Assembly (NCBI GenBank): GCA_000996605.1
Contig: LCOP01000002.1
Coordinates: 1-55,181, forward strand
DNA: 55,181 nucleotides
From: Parcubacteria group bacterium GW2011_GWA1_47_8
GTDB lineage: Bacteria > Patescibacteriota > Minisyncoccia > Phycocordibacterales > UBA1550
Reading direction: 5' to 3'
Shown here: piece by piece, positions 27,216 through 36,969 of the stretch
Layout of the letters: each line of letters begins with the position of its first letter
How positions within the stretch are numbered: position 1 is the stretch's first letter
The notes under the pieces: model-generated
Database searches by the model: none
Seen by the model: the letters and a program-made list of their open reading frames with translations, nothing else
Told to the model about the DNA's origin: nothing
Made by a program: the position numbers and the translations under genes

Positions 27216-28247
27216 ATGTTGTCCGCAATTACATTTAAACCAAAACAGGTCGTAAAGAGACTTCTCGCTCCACTTTCACCGCGTGCTCTTGATGTGATGA
27301 CAAAGCGCTATGGTCTCAGTGAAAACACCGAGCGCATGACTCTTGAAAGTATTGGAGGAATTTATGGTATTACACGCGAGCGTGTGCGCCAGATTGAAAA
27401 CTTCGCGCTTACAACAATCAAAAAATCCGACGTCTTCAAGAAAGAAGCGGCAGTTTTTAAAGAGTTGAACATGCTTGCGCGGATGATGGGCGGCATTGTT
27501 TGCGAAGAGGATTTCCTCATGCATCTTTCCAAGGACTATAGCGTACAAAACCACCTCTTCTTTCTTCTCGTGGTGGGTGACGAATTCAAGCGCGAAAAAG
27601 AAGACGAGCATTTCAAGCATCGCTGGATCGTTGATGATAAAATTTCAATGAAGGTACACGACGCACTCAAAAATCTTTACGAAACACTTTCTCACGAGGA
27701 CATTATTCCCGAGGGCGAGATTATCGCGGCATTCATGAACCACATGAAGGAGGTTTCCGAGGAATACAAGAACGAAGAGATTATCAAACGCTGGCTTTCA
27801 ATCTCAAAAAAGATTGCCAAGAATCCTCTCGGTGAATGGGGCGCGGCAGAGTCGCCCAATGTGAATGCCCGCGGTATGCGCGACTACGCGTATTTGATTA
27901 TCCGCAAGCACGGCTCCCCGATGCACTTTACCGAAGTGGCGGAAGCAATCACGGAAGTTTTTCATAAAAAAGCGCACGTCGCGACGTGCCATAATGAGCT
28001 TATCAAAGACAAACGCTTTGTGCTCGTGGGACGCGGACTCTACGCGCTGTCGTCGTGGGGATACGAGAAAGGCGTAGTGAAAGACGTGGTGGCGAAGATT
28101 CTCAAAAAAGAAGGACCTCTCACCAAGAAAGATATCATTGATCGCGTACTCAAAGAGCGCTACGTGAAAGAAAATACTGTTTTTGTAAATCTCCAAGATT
28201 CGAAGTATTTCAAAAAAACAAAAGACGGAAAGTATACGTTGGCGTAG
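27216..28247 (+). CDS. DNA-binding protein: sigma-70 region-4-like HTH + C-terminal HARE-HTH
   Basis: The N-terminal MTLESIGGIYGITRERVRQIENFAL resembles sigma region 4.2. The C-terminal MHFTEVAEAI...LIKDKRFVLVGRGLYALSSWGY resembles the HARE-HTH of the RNAP delta subunit. The ORF track starts at TTG 27204. Confidence 0.7.
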   Translation: MLSAITFKPKQVVKRLLAPLSPRALDVMTKRYGLSENTERMTLESIGGIYGITRERVRQIENFALTTIKKSDVFKKEAAVFKELNMLARMMGGIVCEEDFLMHLSKDYSVQNHLFFLLVVGDEFKREKEDEHFKHRWIVDDKISMKVHDALKNLYETLSHEDIIPEGEIIAAFMNHMKEVSEEYKNEEIIKRWLSISKKIAKNPLGEWGAAESPNVNARGMRDYAYLIIRKHGSPMHFTEVAEAITEVFHKKAHVATCHNELIKDKRFVLVGRGLYALSSWGYEKGVVKDVVAKILKKEGPLTKKDIIDRVLKERYVKENTVFVNLQDSKYFKKTKDGKYTLA

Positions 28248-28352
28248 GGGTAGAAGATAGAATATAGAATAGGGGAAAGAGGGGCGGCGCTTATGCGCTG
28301 CCCCTCTTCGTATTTTTCTATTTTAAAATTCCATATTCCAAATTCTACCCCC
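28247..28352. repeat. composite element E2: inverted heptamer arms around a GC-rich terminator hairpin
   Basis: The left arm is GGGGTAGAAGATAGAATATAGAATAGGGG (28247-28275). The right arm is ...AAAATTCCATATTCCAAATTCTACCCCC (ends 28352). The arms are roughly reverse-complementary to each other. Confidence 0.65.
28279..28317 (+). terminator. intrinsic terminator (core of element E2)
   Basis: GAGGGGCGGCGC (28279-28290), loop TTAT, GCGCTGCCCCTC (28295-28306), then TTCGTATTTTT. Confidence 0.6.
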
Positions 28353-28354
28353 TG

Positions 28355-28363
28355 TGGTATGAT
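28355..28363 (+). promoter_or_regulatory. candidate extended -10 box TGGTATGAT, 7 nt before ATG 28371
   Basis: TGnTAnnAT pattern. It supports ATG 28371 rather than ATG 28293, which lies in the terminator loop. Confidence 0.35.
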
Positions 28364-28370
28364 AATCAGT

Positions 28371-29603
28371 ATGAATGTCACAGAGACGTTTCTATTCCAA
28401 GATTTTTATAATCAAGTGCTTGCGCCGTTTTTTGTCATATTCCCGTACCTAATACCTATTGTGCTGGTCATCATGTTTTGGGATGTGTGGCTTAAATATG
28501 TGCGCGCACGTTATCGCGCGAGTATCAATTGGGTTTTGCTCGAAATAAAGGTTCCAAAAGAAATACATAAGACTCCGCTTGCCATGGAGATTGTTCTCAA
28601 CGCAATGTATCAGACTGGCGGTACGACGACATGGATCGATAGATACTGGAAAGGAAAACTGCGGGAAGACTTTTCTCTGGAGATGGTTTCGATCGATGGA
28701 CATATAAAATTCTTCATTCGCGTGTCGTCATTTTTTAAAAATATTATTGAAGCACAGCTTTATGCGCAGTATCCGGATATTGAAGTCTATGAAGTTCCTG
28801 ACTATACGCGCTATGTGAACTATCGCGGGAAAGAGGGTTCATGGTCGATGGTCGGTACTGGGTACAAGCTCGTCAAAGAGGACCCCTATCCGATTAAAAC
28901 CTATGTCGATTTTGGCATGGATAAAGAAGGGGTAAAAGAGGAGTTCAAAATAGACCCGCTGACCTCGGTAATAGAGTACTTGGGATCGATTGGGCAAGGT
29001 GAGCAGATATGGATTCAGATTATGATTCGTGCCGCAACCAAGCGGTATCGAAAAAAAGATGGAACGAAAGGGGATTGGAAAGATGAAGGAAAAGGAATCA
29101 TCGACAAACTTACCAAGCGCAACGAAAAAACCGAGGAGGGGACGCCGGTGTTCAAAATGATGATGATGACAAAGGGTGAGCTGGAGACAATCGCCGCAAT
29201 CGAACGCAGTATGAGCAAGCTTGGTTTCGACTGCGGTATCCGTGCGCTCTATCTCGCGAAAAATGAAAAGTTCGACCCGAGCAATATCAAGGCGCTGGGC
29301 GGACTCTTGCGTGCGTTCACATCCCAAAGTTTGAATTCGTTCACCGTGTGTCATCAAACGTTTGGGTTTGATTATCCATGGCAAGACTACAATAAAATAC
29401 GCATCACCAAGAAGCGTCGTGAGCAGTTTGAGGCATACAAGCATCGCGGATGGTTTTACGGCGACCATACAGAAAAACCGTTCGTGCTGACATCGGAGGA
29501 GCTCGCAACGATCTATCATTTCCCGGGCGGTGTTGCGCAGACGCCAACGTTTGGTCGTATTCCGTCACACAAGAGCGAAGCACCGGTCAACCTGCCAATT
29601 TGA
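28371..29603 (+). CDS. membrane-anchored protein of unknown function (~410 aa)
   Basis: A long ORF with one N-terminal TM segment (FFVIFPYLIPIVLVIMFW), then a soluble region (LLEIKVPKEIHKTPLAMEIVLNAMYQTGG ... LTSEELATIYHFPG). I recognise no family with confidence. Confidence 0.7.
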   Translation: MNVTETFLFQDFYNQVLAPFFVIFPYLIPIVLVIMFWDVWLKYVRARYRASINWVLLEIKVPKEIHKTPLAMEIVLNAMYQTGGTTTWIDRYWKGKLREDFSLEMVSIDGHIKFFIRVSSFFKNIIEAQLYAQYPDIEVYEVPDYTRYVNYRGKEGSWSMVGTGYKLVKEDPYPIKTYVDFGMDKEGVKEEFKIDPLTSVIEYLGSIGQGEQIWIQIMIRAATKRYRKKDGTKGDWKDEGKGIIDKLTKRNEKTEEGTPVFKMMMMTKGELETIAAIERSMSKLGFDCGIRALYLAKNEKFDPSNIKALGGLLRAFTSQSLNSFTVCHQTFGFDYPWQDYNKIRITKKRREQFEAYKHRGWFYGDHTEKPFVLTSEELATIYHFPGGVAQTPTFGRIPSHKSEAPVNLPI

Positions 29604-29611
29604 TAATATCC

Positions 29612-30658
29612 ATGGAACATACATTCAACAATATAGGGCATGCCCCGGGTAATGGTTATAGCAACAAGGGTATTCCGCCGCCGTTCCTCGGTATGGATGC
29701 TCGCTCCGCGAAATTGTTTATGGTTGTTGTACTGGTGGTCATTTTTATTTTATCGTTCATCTCACTTTCTATCTTACCCCCCAGCACGTTTCCCGTAGGA
29801 AGGGTTGTCAGTATCAAAAGCGGCATGTCGCTCGGGGAAGTATCGGCTTTATTCAAGAAAGAATCCATTATTCGCTCGCGTGTTGCGTTTGAGGCGTGCG
29901 TGACCCTTCTTGATGGCGATCACAATGTTGTGGCGGAAGACTATGCATTTAGGGAGCCCGTAAGTACTTGTGTCGTCGCCGAACGCGTGGTCAAGGGAAT
30001 CTCGGGGATTCCCGCCACCCGCGTGACGATTCCCGAGGGTTTTTCAAATCGAGAAATCGCGGCGGTTCTCAAGAAGAATTTACAGGAATTTAATGAGAAA
30101 GTATTTTTGAGCCGCGCACAAAAGAAAGAGGGATATTTATTTCCTGACACGTATTTTTTGAAGTCAATCACTTCTGCTCAAGATGCAATCAAGCTTATGG
30201 AGGAAAACTTTGAGAAAAAGATAATCTCAATTCGCCCTTTGATAAGTGCGTCAGGGCATTCGCTTCAAGATATTGTAATTATGGCGTCGATTATCGAAAA
30301 AGAAGCGCTCATCGACGAAGACAGAGGTGTCATTTCGGGTATTCTTTGGAAACGAATCGAGATTGGCATGCCCCTTCAAGTTGATGCCCCGTTTTTATAC
30401 CTTCTCAAAAAGACTTCCGCCGAGCTTACACAAGACGACCTCAAAATAAATTCACGTTATAATACGTATATCAATAAAGGGCTACCCGCAGGTCCTATCG
30501 GAAATCCGGGAATTGCCGCCCTCCGCGCCGCCGCTACACCAAAAGATTCTCCCTACCTTTATTATCTCTCTGACAATAATGGTGTGATGCACTATGCAAA
30601 AGATTTTGAAGAGCACAAGAGAAATAAGGCGAAGTATTTAAGTAAGATAGAATATTGA
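29612..30658 (+). CDS. mltG: endolytic murein transglycosylase MltG (YceG-like)
   Basis: The ORF track starts at 29450 and overlaps the previous gene; ATG 29612 gives a TM anchor plus the YceG domain (IPEGFSNREIA, EGYLFPDTY, MASIIEKEA, NTYINKGLPAGPIGNPG). Confidence 0.85.
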   Translation: MEHTFNNIGHAPGNGYSNKGIPPPFLGMDARSAKLFMVVVLVVIFILSFISLSILPPSTFPVGRVVSIKSGMSLGEVSALFKKESIIRSRVAFEACVTLLDGDHNVVAEDYAFREPVSTCVVAERVVKGISGIPATRVTIPEGFSNREIAAVLKKNLQEFNEKVFLSRAQKKEGYLFPDTYFLKSITSAQDAIKLMEENFEKKIISIRPLISASGHSLQDIVIMASIIEKEALIDEDRGVISGILWKRIEIGMPLQVDAPFLYLLKKTSAELTQDDLKINSRYNTYINKGLPAGPIGNPGIAALRAAATPKDSPYLYYLSDNNGVMHYAKDFEEHKRNKAKYLSKIEY

Positions 30659-30751
30659 ATTCTGAATATAGAGTATGGAACGGGGAACGGGATGCAAAGT
30701 TGAGAATGTTGCCTTGTTGCGATTTTGGCGGTATTCGGGTAGGGTAGAAAT

Positions 30752-31876
30752 ATGAAAAGGAAATCCAAGAGGCGCGTATTTGTAGGAATGTCCGGCGGGG
30801 TAGACAGTTCGGTCGCCGCGGTGCTTCTCCAAAAGGAAGGTTATGATGTGACGGGGGTTTTTATGAAGGTATGGCAACCGGACTTTTTGGATTGCACGTG
30901 GCGTGAGGAGCGTCGCGATGCCCTCCGTGTTGCGGCGCATCTCGGTATCACGCTCCTCACGTGGGACTTTGAGCGCGAGTATAAAGAAGGGGTTGCCGAC
31001 TACATGATCCGTGAATACAAAGCAGGGCGTACGCCGAACCCGGATGTCATGTGCAACAAGGAAGTAAAGTTCGGCGCGTTCTTTCGGCGCGCAATGAAAG
31101 AGGGCGCGGATGTGGTGGCGACGGGACATTACGCACAGGTCGCCCGAGGCGACCGCGGACAAACGCGGAATGAGCGCGGAAGAACGCGGAAGGAAGCCGA
31201 GGGATACAGGATGTTGAAAGGGGTGGATGATGCCAAGGATCAGTCGTATTTTTTGTGGACACTGGGGCAAGAGCAATTATCAAGAACACTGTTTCCTGTT
31301 GGCGAATTTAAAAAATCACAGGTGCGGGCGCTTGCAAAGAAATTTGGATTACCCACGGCGGAGAAGAAAGACAGCCAAGGGCTTTGCTTTATGGGGCAAC
31401 TCGATGTGAAAGATTTTCTCGCACATTTTATTGAAGAGAAGGAGGGAAGCGTGGTGAATGAAAAAGGTGAAAATATTGGCACGCATCGCGGGGCGTATTT
31501 TTACACACTTGGTGAACGCCATGGATTTACGGTCACTCAAAAGACTACTGATGACGCTCCGTATTATGTGGTAGCGAAAGATCTTGAGCGTAATACGGTC
31601 ACCGTGGCGCACCGCTTGCTGAAAGAATCGCTTTCGTGCGCACGAAAGAGCGTAGAATTTTCGCATGCAAATTTTTGCGGGGGAGTAGCTCCTCATGTCG
31701 GTGCCTCATACACAGCATGTGTCCGGTATCATGGCGAGCGCTACAAATGTCGTATTGACGCTATTGCCGAAAAGGGATTTTCCCTCACGTTTGCCAAGCC
31801 GGTGGTCGTCGCACCCGGTCAATCTGTCGTGCTCTACGATGGCGATGAGTGCATGGGCGGGGGAGTGGCGGAATAA
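30752..31876 (+). CDS. mnmA: tRNA 2-thiouridine(34) synthase MnmA
   Basis: 374 aa with the PP-loop VGMSGGVDSS, NPDVMCNKEVKF, ATGHYAQ and KDQSYFLW. Confidence 0.93.
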   Translation: MKRKSKRRVFVGMSGGVDSSVAAVLLQKEGYDVTGVFMKVWQPDFLDCTWREERRDALRVAAHLGITLLTWDFEREYKEGVADYMIREYKAGRTPNPDVMCNKEVKFGAFFRRAMKEGADVVATGHYAQVARGDRGQTRNERGRTRKEAEGYRMLKGVDDAKDQSYFLWTLGQEQLSRTLFPVGEFKKSQVRALAKKFGLPTAEKKDSQGLCFMGQLDVKDFLAHFIEEKEGSVVNEKGENIGTHRGAYFYTLGERHGFTVTQKTTDDAPYYVVAKDLERNTVTVAHRLLKESLSCARKSVEFSHANFCGGVAPHVGASYTACVRYHGERYKCRIDAIAEKGFSLTFAKPVVVAPGQSVVLYDGDECMGGGVAE

Positions 31877-31963
31877 TACATAGGCGAGGCCTATGTATTG
31901 TGTAGTGGCCTGCGTAATTCCTACTGACCCCCCCACTATCCCTTTAACACACGGCTACACTCA

Positions 31964-31972
31964 TGCTAAAAT
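31964..31972 (+). promoter_or_regulatory. candidate extended -10 box TGCTAAAAT, 6 nt before ATG 31979
   Basis: TGCTAAAAT-GTATGC-ATG. Confidence 0.35.
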
Positions 31973-31978
31973 GTATGC

Positions 31979-32344
31979 ATGACTTTTACCAAACAAAAAA
32001 ATACAGAGAAGCACGCGGCACATATTACTACACTAACAGAGCGCAGGTACAAAGCACTCGAATACTATAAAAAAGACCTCTCTCAGTCCGCCATAGCAGA
32101 GAAGCTGGGTGCTCATCGTTCAAAGATGGTTGCCGTGTATCTTTTAAAACAAAAATCATGGCTAAAGACGGTGCGGTATCCCGCATATGCCCCTAATCTT
32201 AATCCGATTGAATACGTTTGGGGAGCAATCAAGAAAAAAGACATTGAGGGCATCGCGGGAGACTGGGGACTATCATACGTGATGAAGCAGGTGCAGAAAG
32301 GTAAAAAGAGGATACAGAAGGATCAAGAAATTCTCATTTACTGA
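31979..32344 (+). pseudogene. IS630/Tc1-mariner-family transposase remnant (HTH + extreme C-terminus, catalytic core deleted)
   Basis: 121 aa. An N-terminal HTH-like LSQSAIAEKLGAHRS is joined directly to YPAYAPNLNPIEYVWGAIKKK, the conserved motif around the last catalytic acidic residue of IS630 DDE transposases. Full-length enzymes are about 340 aa. Confidence 0.6.
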
Positions 32345-32496
32345 CACCTGCTACGAGTTTGAATTGTGCGATTTCGATTATCATAGTTTTGAAATAAAGG
32401 TTAATGTTTTGGCATTTCGAACTCATTTGCTATCGTAACACAGCCTATATATCATTTTATATTGTTTATTATATTTTCTTGTAATCGCGCCTTAAA

Positions 32497-33423
32497 TTAC
32501 TTTAACGACCGGACTGTTTCCATAATCCCCTTTTTGTATGGGGTAACTTGGAACTTGAAAGTATTTTCAAATTTACTACTATCGAAAAGGTAATCTGCCT
32601 CGTTTTGATACAACATCTCCATATTCTCTTTGACTACCTCAACAAAGAATCCAGCCATACGCAACATTCCTCTAGATAAAAGAGTGTGATGCGATTCAAC
32701 TCCAAAAGCTTCCGTTGCAAATTTTATAATTTCTTTCCCCGTTAAAGCGTTTTTGTCTGTTGGTAAGTGCCAAACCTGATTGTAAGCACTTTCCGTATTG
32801 CCAAGCAACGCCATCGCGCGAACAGCATCTGGAACATAGGTGAAAGTATGTTTTACCCCATCGTTCAGCATCCATTGTGGCTTCTTTCTTTTTTTTAAAT
32901 TTCCAAAAACCATAACCGACAAAACGCTTGTCGGAGTATTGGGTCCATAAAAATCAGCTGAACGCGCAATAAGTGCCTTGAGTTTCCCATTACGCATTTC
33001 TTGCAAAAGCATCTCTGCCACACGAGCCCTTACTTCCCCTTTCTTACTTGATGGTTTAATAGGCGTCTCTTCGGTCATCCAGCCAGACACTTTACCATAC
33101 ATGTAAACATTGTCAAAAAACACCAACTTTGCATTATGTTTTTTGCAGGCTGTTATTACATTTTGCATAACGAGTGGCCATTCCTTTTCCCATACCTTAG
33201 TGCTGTAAGGTATCCCCACCGTCAAGTACACTATCTCAGAACCCTCAACTGCACGGAGAGTTTCTTCAAGATTTGTTAAGTTTGCTTGAAAAAGCTCGTC
33301 ATTTTGATTTACCTTTTTAGGATTTCTCCCAACCAAACGTATATTCTTGGTGTATGTTGTAAGTGCTTTTGCAAGTTCTGTCCCCACCGTTCCTACTCCG
33401 AGTATTGTTTGCATAATTATCAT
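32497..33423 (-). CDS. NAD(P)-dependent epimerase/dehydratase-family (atypical SDR) protein
   Basis: 308 aa. N-terminal Rossmann ILGVGTVGTELAK and SDR-like architecture. Substrate unknown. Confidence 0.75.
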   Translation of the reverse strand: MIIMQTILGVGTVGTELAKALTTYTKNIRLVGRNPKKVNQNDELFQANLTNLEETLRAVEGSEIVYLTVGIPYSTKVWEKEWPLVMQNVITACKKHNAKLVFFDNVYMYGKVSGWMTEETPIKPSSKKGEVRARVAEMLLQEMRNGKLKALIARSADFYGPNTPTSVLSVMVFGNLKKRKKPQWMLNDGVKHTFTYVPDAVRAMALLGNTESAYNQVWHLPTDKNALTGKEIIKFATEAFGVESHHTLLSRGMLRMAGFFVEVVKENMEMLYQNEADYLFDSSKFENTFKFQVTPYKKGIMETVRSLK

Positions 33424-33466
33424 CTTATATTGTTTTTAATTAAAATTCAACGGCGTGCCTGCCGCG

Positions 33467-34702
33467 TTATTCATACCGCAGTGCATTGATGGGGCTTTTG
33501 CGCGCCGCTTTGCGCGCGGGGTAGAGGCCGAAGATGAGACCGATGAGTCCGGAAACACCGAGACCGAGGAGTGCCGCCGAGAAGGGAAAGCTGAATGACC
33601 ATGCGAGTACGGCAATCTTTACGATGAGCATCGAGATACCAAACGACAAACTTGCTCCCAGTATGATTCCGACAATACCCCCGATACCGGTGAGTATGAT
33701 TGCTTCGAGAAGGAACTGCGAGAGGATATCACGATCAGTCGCGCCGAGTGCCTTGCGCAAACCAATCTCCTTGGTGCGTTCAGTAACCGATACGAGCATG
33801 ATGTTCATGATGCCGATACCGCCCACCACGAGAGATATAGCCGCGACAGCCGCAAGAAAAATAGTGAGAACGGAAGTAATTGCTCCGAGGCGTCCCGCAA
33901 GATCAACCTGCGTAATAACAAAAAAATCGTCTTTTGTGGAGTCGGTGATATCGTGCGATTCGCGGAGCGTGAGCTTTATTTCTTCTGCGGCTTGATTAAT
34001 GAGCGTTTCGCTCTTTGCTTCCGTGACGATACGATTGAAATGTTTGATGCCGAGGACATAGTCTTGTGCGGTAGTGTAGGGGATAATCGCCGCTTCGTCA
34101 AAGTTGAAAAAATCTTGCCCGCGCTCGGCAAGGACACCGATTACACGAAAACTATGTTCTTTCATTTTGATTACTTTGCCGACCGCTTCGTCGGCGCCAA
34201 AGAGCTCGGTTTTTACTTTGTGACCAATCACGACATACTTCGCGCGTCCACGGACATCTTCGTCGGTAAAAAATACTCCGTTTTTGACCGGCATGTCAAA
34301 AATCTCTTCCATGAGAGGGGAAACACCAAAGATGGTGAGGTTGAATGTATCACTTTCGTATGCGGCGCTCGAGGCGCCGAAGACGAGTGGCATGATGTAT
34401 TTCACGCTGGGGGTGTTTTCGCGGCGCATGAGGAGATCAAGGTCGCGCTTCGTAAGTGAATCGCTGAAAATCTGTCCCGCATCCGACGGTCCCGTCGGTT
34501 CGCGTCCGCCACCGACGATGACGGTGCGGGTACCCATACCTTTAACCTGATCGAGGATGAGGTTCTGTGCGCCTTGCCCCATGGATACCACGAGGATAAT
34601 TGCCGTCACCCCAATGACGATACCTAAAATAGTGAGGACCGAGCGTGCTTTGTTTGCCTTGAGTCCCTCGGTCGCGGTTTTGATGCTGTGTTTGAAAGTC
34701 AT
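33467..34702 (-). CDS. ABC transporter permease, MacB/FtsX type
   Basis: 411 aa with an N-terminal TM, a large extracytoplasmic MacB_PCD-like domain and a C-terminal FtsX 3-TM bundle (GIMNIMLVSVTERTKEIGLRKALGA). Confidence 0.88.
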   Translation of the reverse strand: MTFKHSIKTATEGLKANKARSVLTILGIVIGVTAIILVVSMGQGAQNLILDQVKGMGTRTVIVGGGREPTGPSDAGQIFSDSLTKRDLDLLMRRENTPSVKYIMPLVFGASSAAYESDTFNLTIFGVSPLMEEIFDMPVKNGVFFTDEDVRGRAKYVVIGHKVKTELFGADEAVGKVIKMKEHSFRVIGVLAERGQDFFNFDEAAIIPYTTAQDYVLGIKHFNRIVTEAKSETLINQAAEEIKLTLRESHDITDSTKDDFFVITQVDLAGRLGAITSVLTIFLAAVAAISLVVGGIGIMNIMLVSVTERTKEIGLRKALGATDRDILSQFLLEAIILTGIGGIVGIILGASLSFGISMLIVKIAVLAWSFSFPFSAALLGLGVSGLIGLIFGLYPARKAARKSPINALRYE

Positions 34703-34706
34703 GAAT

Positions 34707-35435
34707 TCAGTCTATTTTATTAAGAGTGTTGCCGTTTGCGCGGTGTTCTTTTGCGACAACTGTATCGCTCTCGATCATGCCGTCCTTGATACGAATAATA
34801 CGCCGCGCATGTCGCGCCGTATCGGTCTCGTGGGTGATGAGGATAATCGTGTGACCGTCCACTTCATTCAATTTTTTGAGGATGTCCATCACCGCGCCCC
34901 CTGACTTGGAGTCGAGGTTTCCCGTCGGTTCGTCGGCAAAGATGACACTCGGGCTACAGACGAGTGCGCGGGCGATCGCGGCACGTTGCTTCTCTCCTCC
35001 AGAGAGTTGGGTGGCGTCGAAATCTCGGCGGTGGGAAAGCCCCACCGCCTCGATCGCTTTTTCTGCGAGGGCGCCCCACGTTGCTTCGGGGATATCAGAG
35101 TAGAGGAGGGGGAGCTTCACGTTTTCAAATACGGTCGTGTGGGGGAGGAGATTAAATGATTGAAAGACGAATCCGAGTTTTTTGTTGCGGATACGGGCGA
35201 CCTCGTCTCCCGCGTAGCTTTTTGCTTCGCGCCCCTCAAAAATATATGAACCAGTCGTGTAGTCGTCGAGGAACCCAAGGAGGTGAAGGAGCGTGGATTT
35301 CCCTGAACCGGAAGGTCCCATAATCGCGACGAACTCCCCTTTGTCAATAGTGAACGAAATGTCATGGAGGACGGGAGTTTTTGCCTCGCCATCCCCGTAT
35401 ATTTTGGTGAGGTTTCTTACTTCAATGAGAGACAT
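34707..35435 (-). CDS. ABC transporter ATP-binding protein (MacB/LolD type)
   Basis: The ORF track starts at 35498; ATG 35435 gives [14 protein letters not shown]. It has Walker [10 protein letters not shown], signature LSGGEKQR and Walker [12 protein letters not shown]. Confidence 0.92.
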   Translation of the reverse strand: MSLIEVRNLTKIYGDGEAKTPVLHDISFTIDKGEFVAIMGPSGSGKSTLLHLLGFLDDYTTGSYIFEGREAKSYAGDEVARIRNKKLGFVFQSFNLLPHTTVFENVKLPLLYSDIPEATWGALAEKAIEAVGLSHRRDFDATQLSGGEKQRAAIARALVCSPSVIFADEPTGNLDSKSGGAVMDILKKLNEVDGHTIILITHETDTARHARRIIRIKDGMIESDTVVAKEHRANGNTLNKID

Positions 35436-35454
35436 AGGAGTTTTTGATTGTCTG

Positions 35455-36963
35455 TTATAGGGAAGCGGTAGAGATGGTCGCCCCTTCTTCGAGGCCACTG
35501 AGGATCTCGATCATTCCGTCGGAACCTTTGAGTCCGACCGTAACTGGGGTTTCCGTTTTTGATTCGTCGGCATTGACAACGAACACGAATTTCCCTCCGT
35601 CTTTTGTGTTGATCGCACGCGCAGGGATAATCAAGGCATCTTTCCGCTCTGCCGCCTTAATATCAATATTTGCCGTCATGCCGGATTTTATGCGGGGGTC
35701 TTTCTTTAAAAAATGAAGCGTTGTTTTGTAAGTAGACACGTTTTCTATAATTGTTTCTGCGGGGTCTATGGTAACAACATTGCCCGCGAAAACCACGTCA
35801 GAGCCGTATGCATCGAGGGTGATTTTTGCCTCGTTGCCAATCGCTATTTTTGCAATATCGGATTCCGGTACGTTTGCTTCCATTTCAAAAAATGTGTCTG
35901 AAATGATGTTGAATACCGGAATCGCAACACTGGCAGATTCCCCCGTTTTTGCGGAAGCTTCGGTAATGAGGCCCGTGATGGGTGCATAGATGCGATATTT
36001 TTGAAGTTCTCCTTGCGCTGAAAGCACACGCGCTTCCTGTGCGGCAGTCACTTCGCTCGCGGTACCCGCGCGCAAGAGAGAAAGTTCGTTCCTTGTTTTT
36101 TGAACGGCAAGGTTGAGCGATGCGATGGATTGTCTTTGCGTATTGATTGAGGCAAGAGCGGTCGCAGTGTTCGTTCTCGCGGTGTTCACGTTGGTACGAT
36201 AGGTATCAAGCCCCGCATTGATGAGGGTACAATCCAACGTGAGGGCGCGACTGAGCGTTTCGAGGAATATTTTTATTCCGTTTACATGAGAAGCCACTTT
36301 GTCGAGCAGAGCCTCGAGCTCCTTGGAAGATGGAGAGAGAGGGATTCCGGAGAGCTCTGTTCTCCATGTGCTTAGATCAGATTCCTCGTCTCCCCGAAGC
36401 GTCACTGTGTTTAAGGCGAGTTGGCTGTCGCACACAGAGAAGGTGAGCGCATACGAAGAACTTTTTGATCCCGAGAATATTCCCGTTGTTTTTGCATGAA
36501 GCGCTTCGTCAGACTTGGTAAATGCATCCTGTACGGTGTCGAGGACGTCGTTATACGTGTTTGCGAGGTCTTGCACAGATTTTGCGAGCTCGGCTTCTTT
36601 GACGGCGATTTCTTCGGGGCGCGAGCCACGCTTTAGTTCCGCAAGTCGCGCCTGTTCCTCCATAAGCGCCGCTTGCGCAGAGGAAGACTCCACTTCCGCG
36701 AGGAGTGTTCCTTGGGTGACGTGGTCCCCGACCTTTCTATAGACCCCTTGGATACGCCCTGCCTTTTCAAAACTTACATTCACGGCGGTCACGGGCTTGA
36801 CGCGTCCCGTAACACTCACTTCTTGGAGGACATCACCACGTTTTACGGTAATCGTATTTTCCAGTATAACAGGGTTTTTTTGTAATCCTGACCAATATAT
36901 GAACCCGCCTATACCGGCAAGAACAAAAACCCCCACAATCCATCTCTTGGAAAATTTCTTCAT
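35455..36963 (-). CDS. HlyD/MacA-family periplasmic adaptor (membrane fusion) protein
   Basis: 502 aa with an N-terminal TM, a lipoyl/barrel-sandwich motif, a long coiled-coil hairpin and a C-terminal beta-barrel. First gene of the adaptor-ATPase-permease operon. Confidence 0.85.
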   Translation of the reverse strand: MKKFSKRWIVGVFVLAGIGGFIYWSGLQKNPVILENTITVKRGDVLQEVSVTGRVKPVTAVNVSFEKAGRIQGVYRKVGDHVTQGTLLAEVESSSAQAALMEEQARLAELKRGSRPEEIAVKEAELAKSVQDLANTYNDVLDTVQDAFTKSDEALHAKTTGIFSGSKSSSYALTFSVCDSQLALNTVTLRGDEESDLSTWRTELSGIPLSPSSKELEALLDKVASHVNGIKIFLETLSRALTLDCTLINAGLDTYRTNVNTARTNTATALASINTQRQSIASLNLAVQKTRNELSLLRAGTASEVTAAQEARVLSAQGELQKYRIYAPITGLITEASAKTGESASVAIPVFNIISDTFFEMEANVPESDIAKIAIGNEAKITLDAYGSDVVFAGNVVTIDPAETIIENVSTYKTTLHFLKKDPRIKSGMTANIDIKAAERKDALIIPARAINTKDGGKFVFVVNADESKTETPVTVGLKGSDGMIEILSGLEEGATISTASL

Positions 36964-36969
36964 ACGCTC

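Noticed and set aside
28293-28370. Upstream extension of the 28371 gene (start at 28293)
   Set aside because: ATG 28293 sits in the loop of the GC-rich terminator hairpin, and the extension crosses the heptamer array.
29450-29611. Upstream extension of mltG overlapping the previous gene by 150 nt
   Set aside because: The extension is Arg/Cys-rich with no homology. ATG 29612 follows the upstream stop by 8 nt and yields the expected cytoplasmic tail, TM anchor and YceG domain.
30638-31276. 212-aa ORF antisense to mnmA
   Set aside because: It overlaps the PP-loop region of a clearly identified mnmA and has an antisense-type composition.
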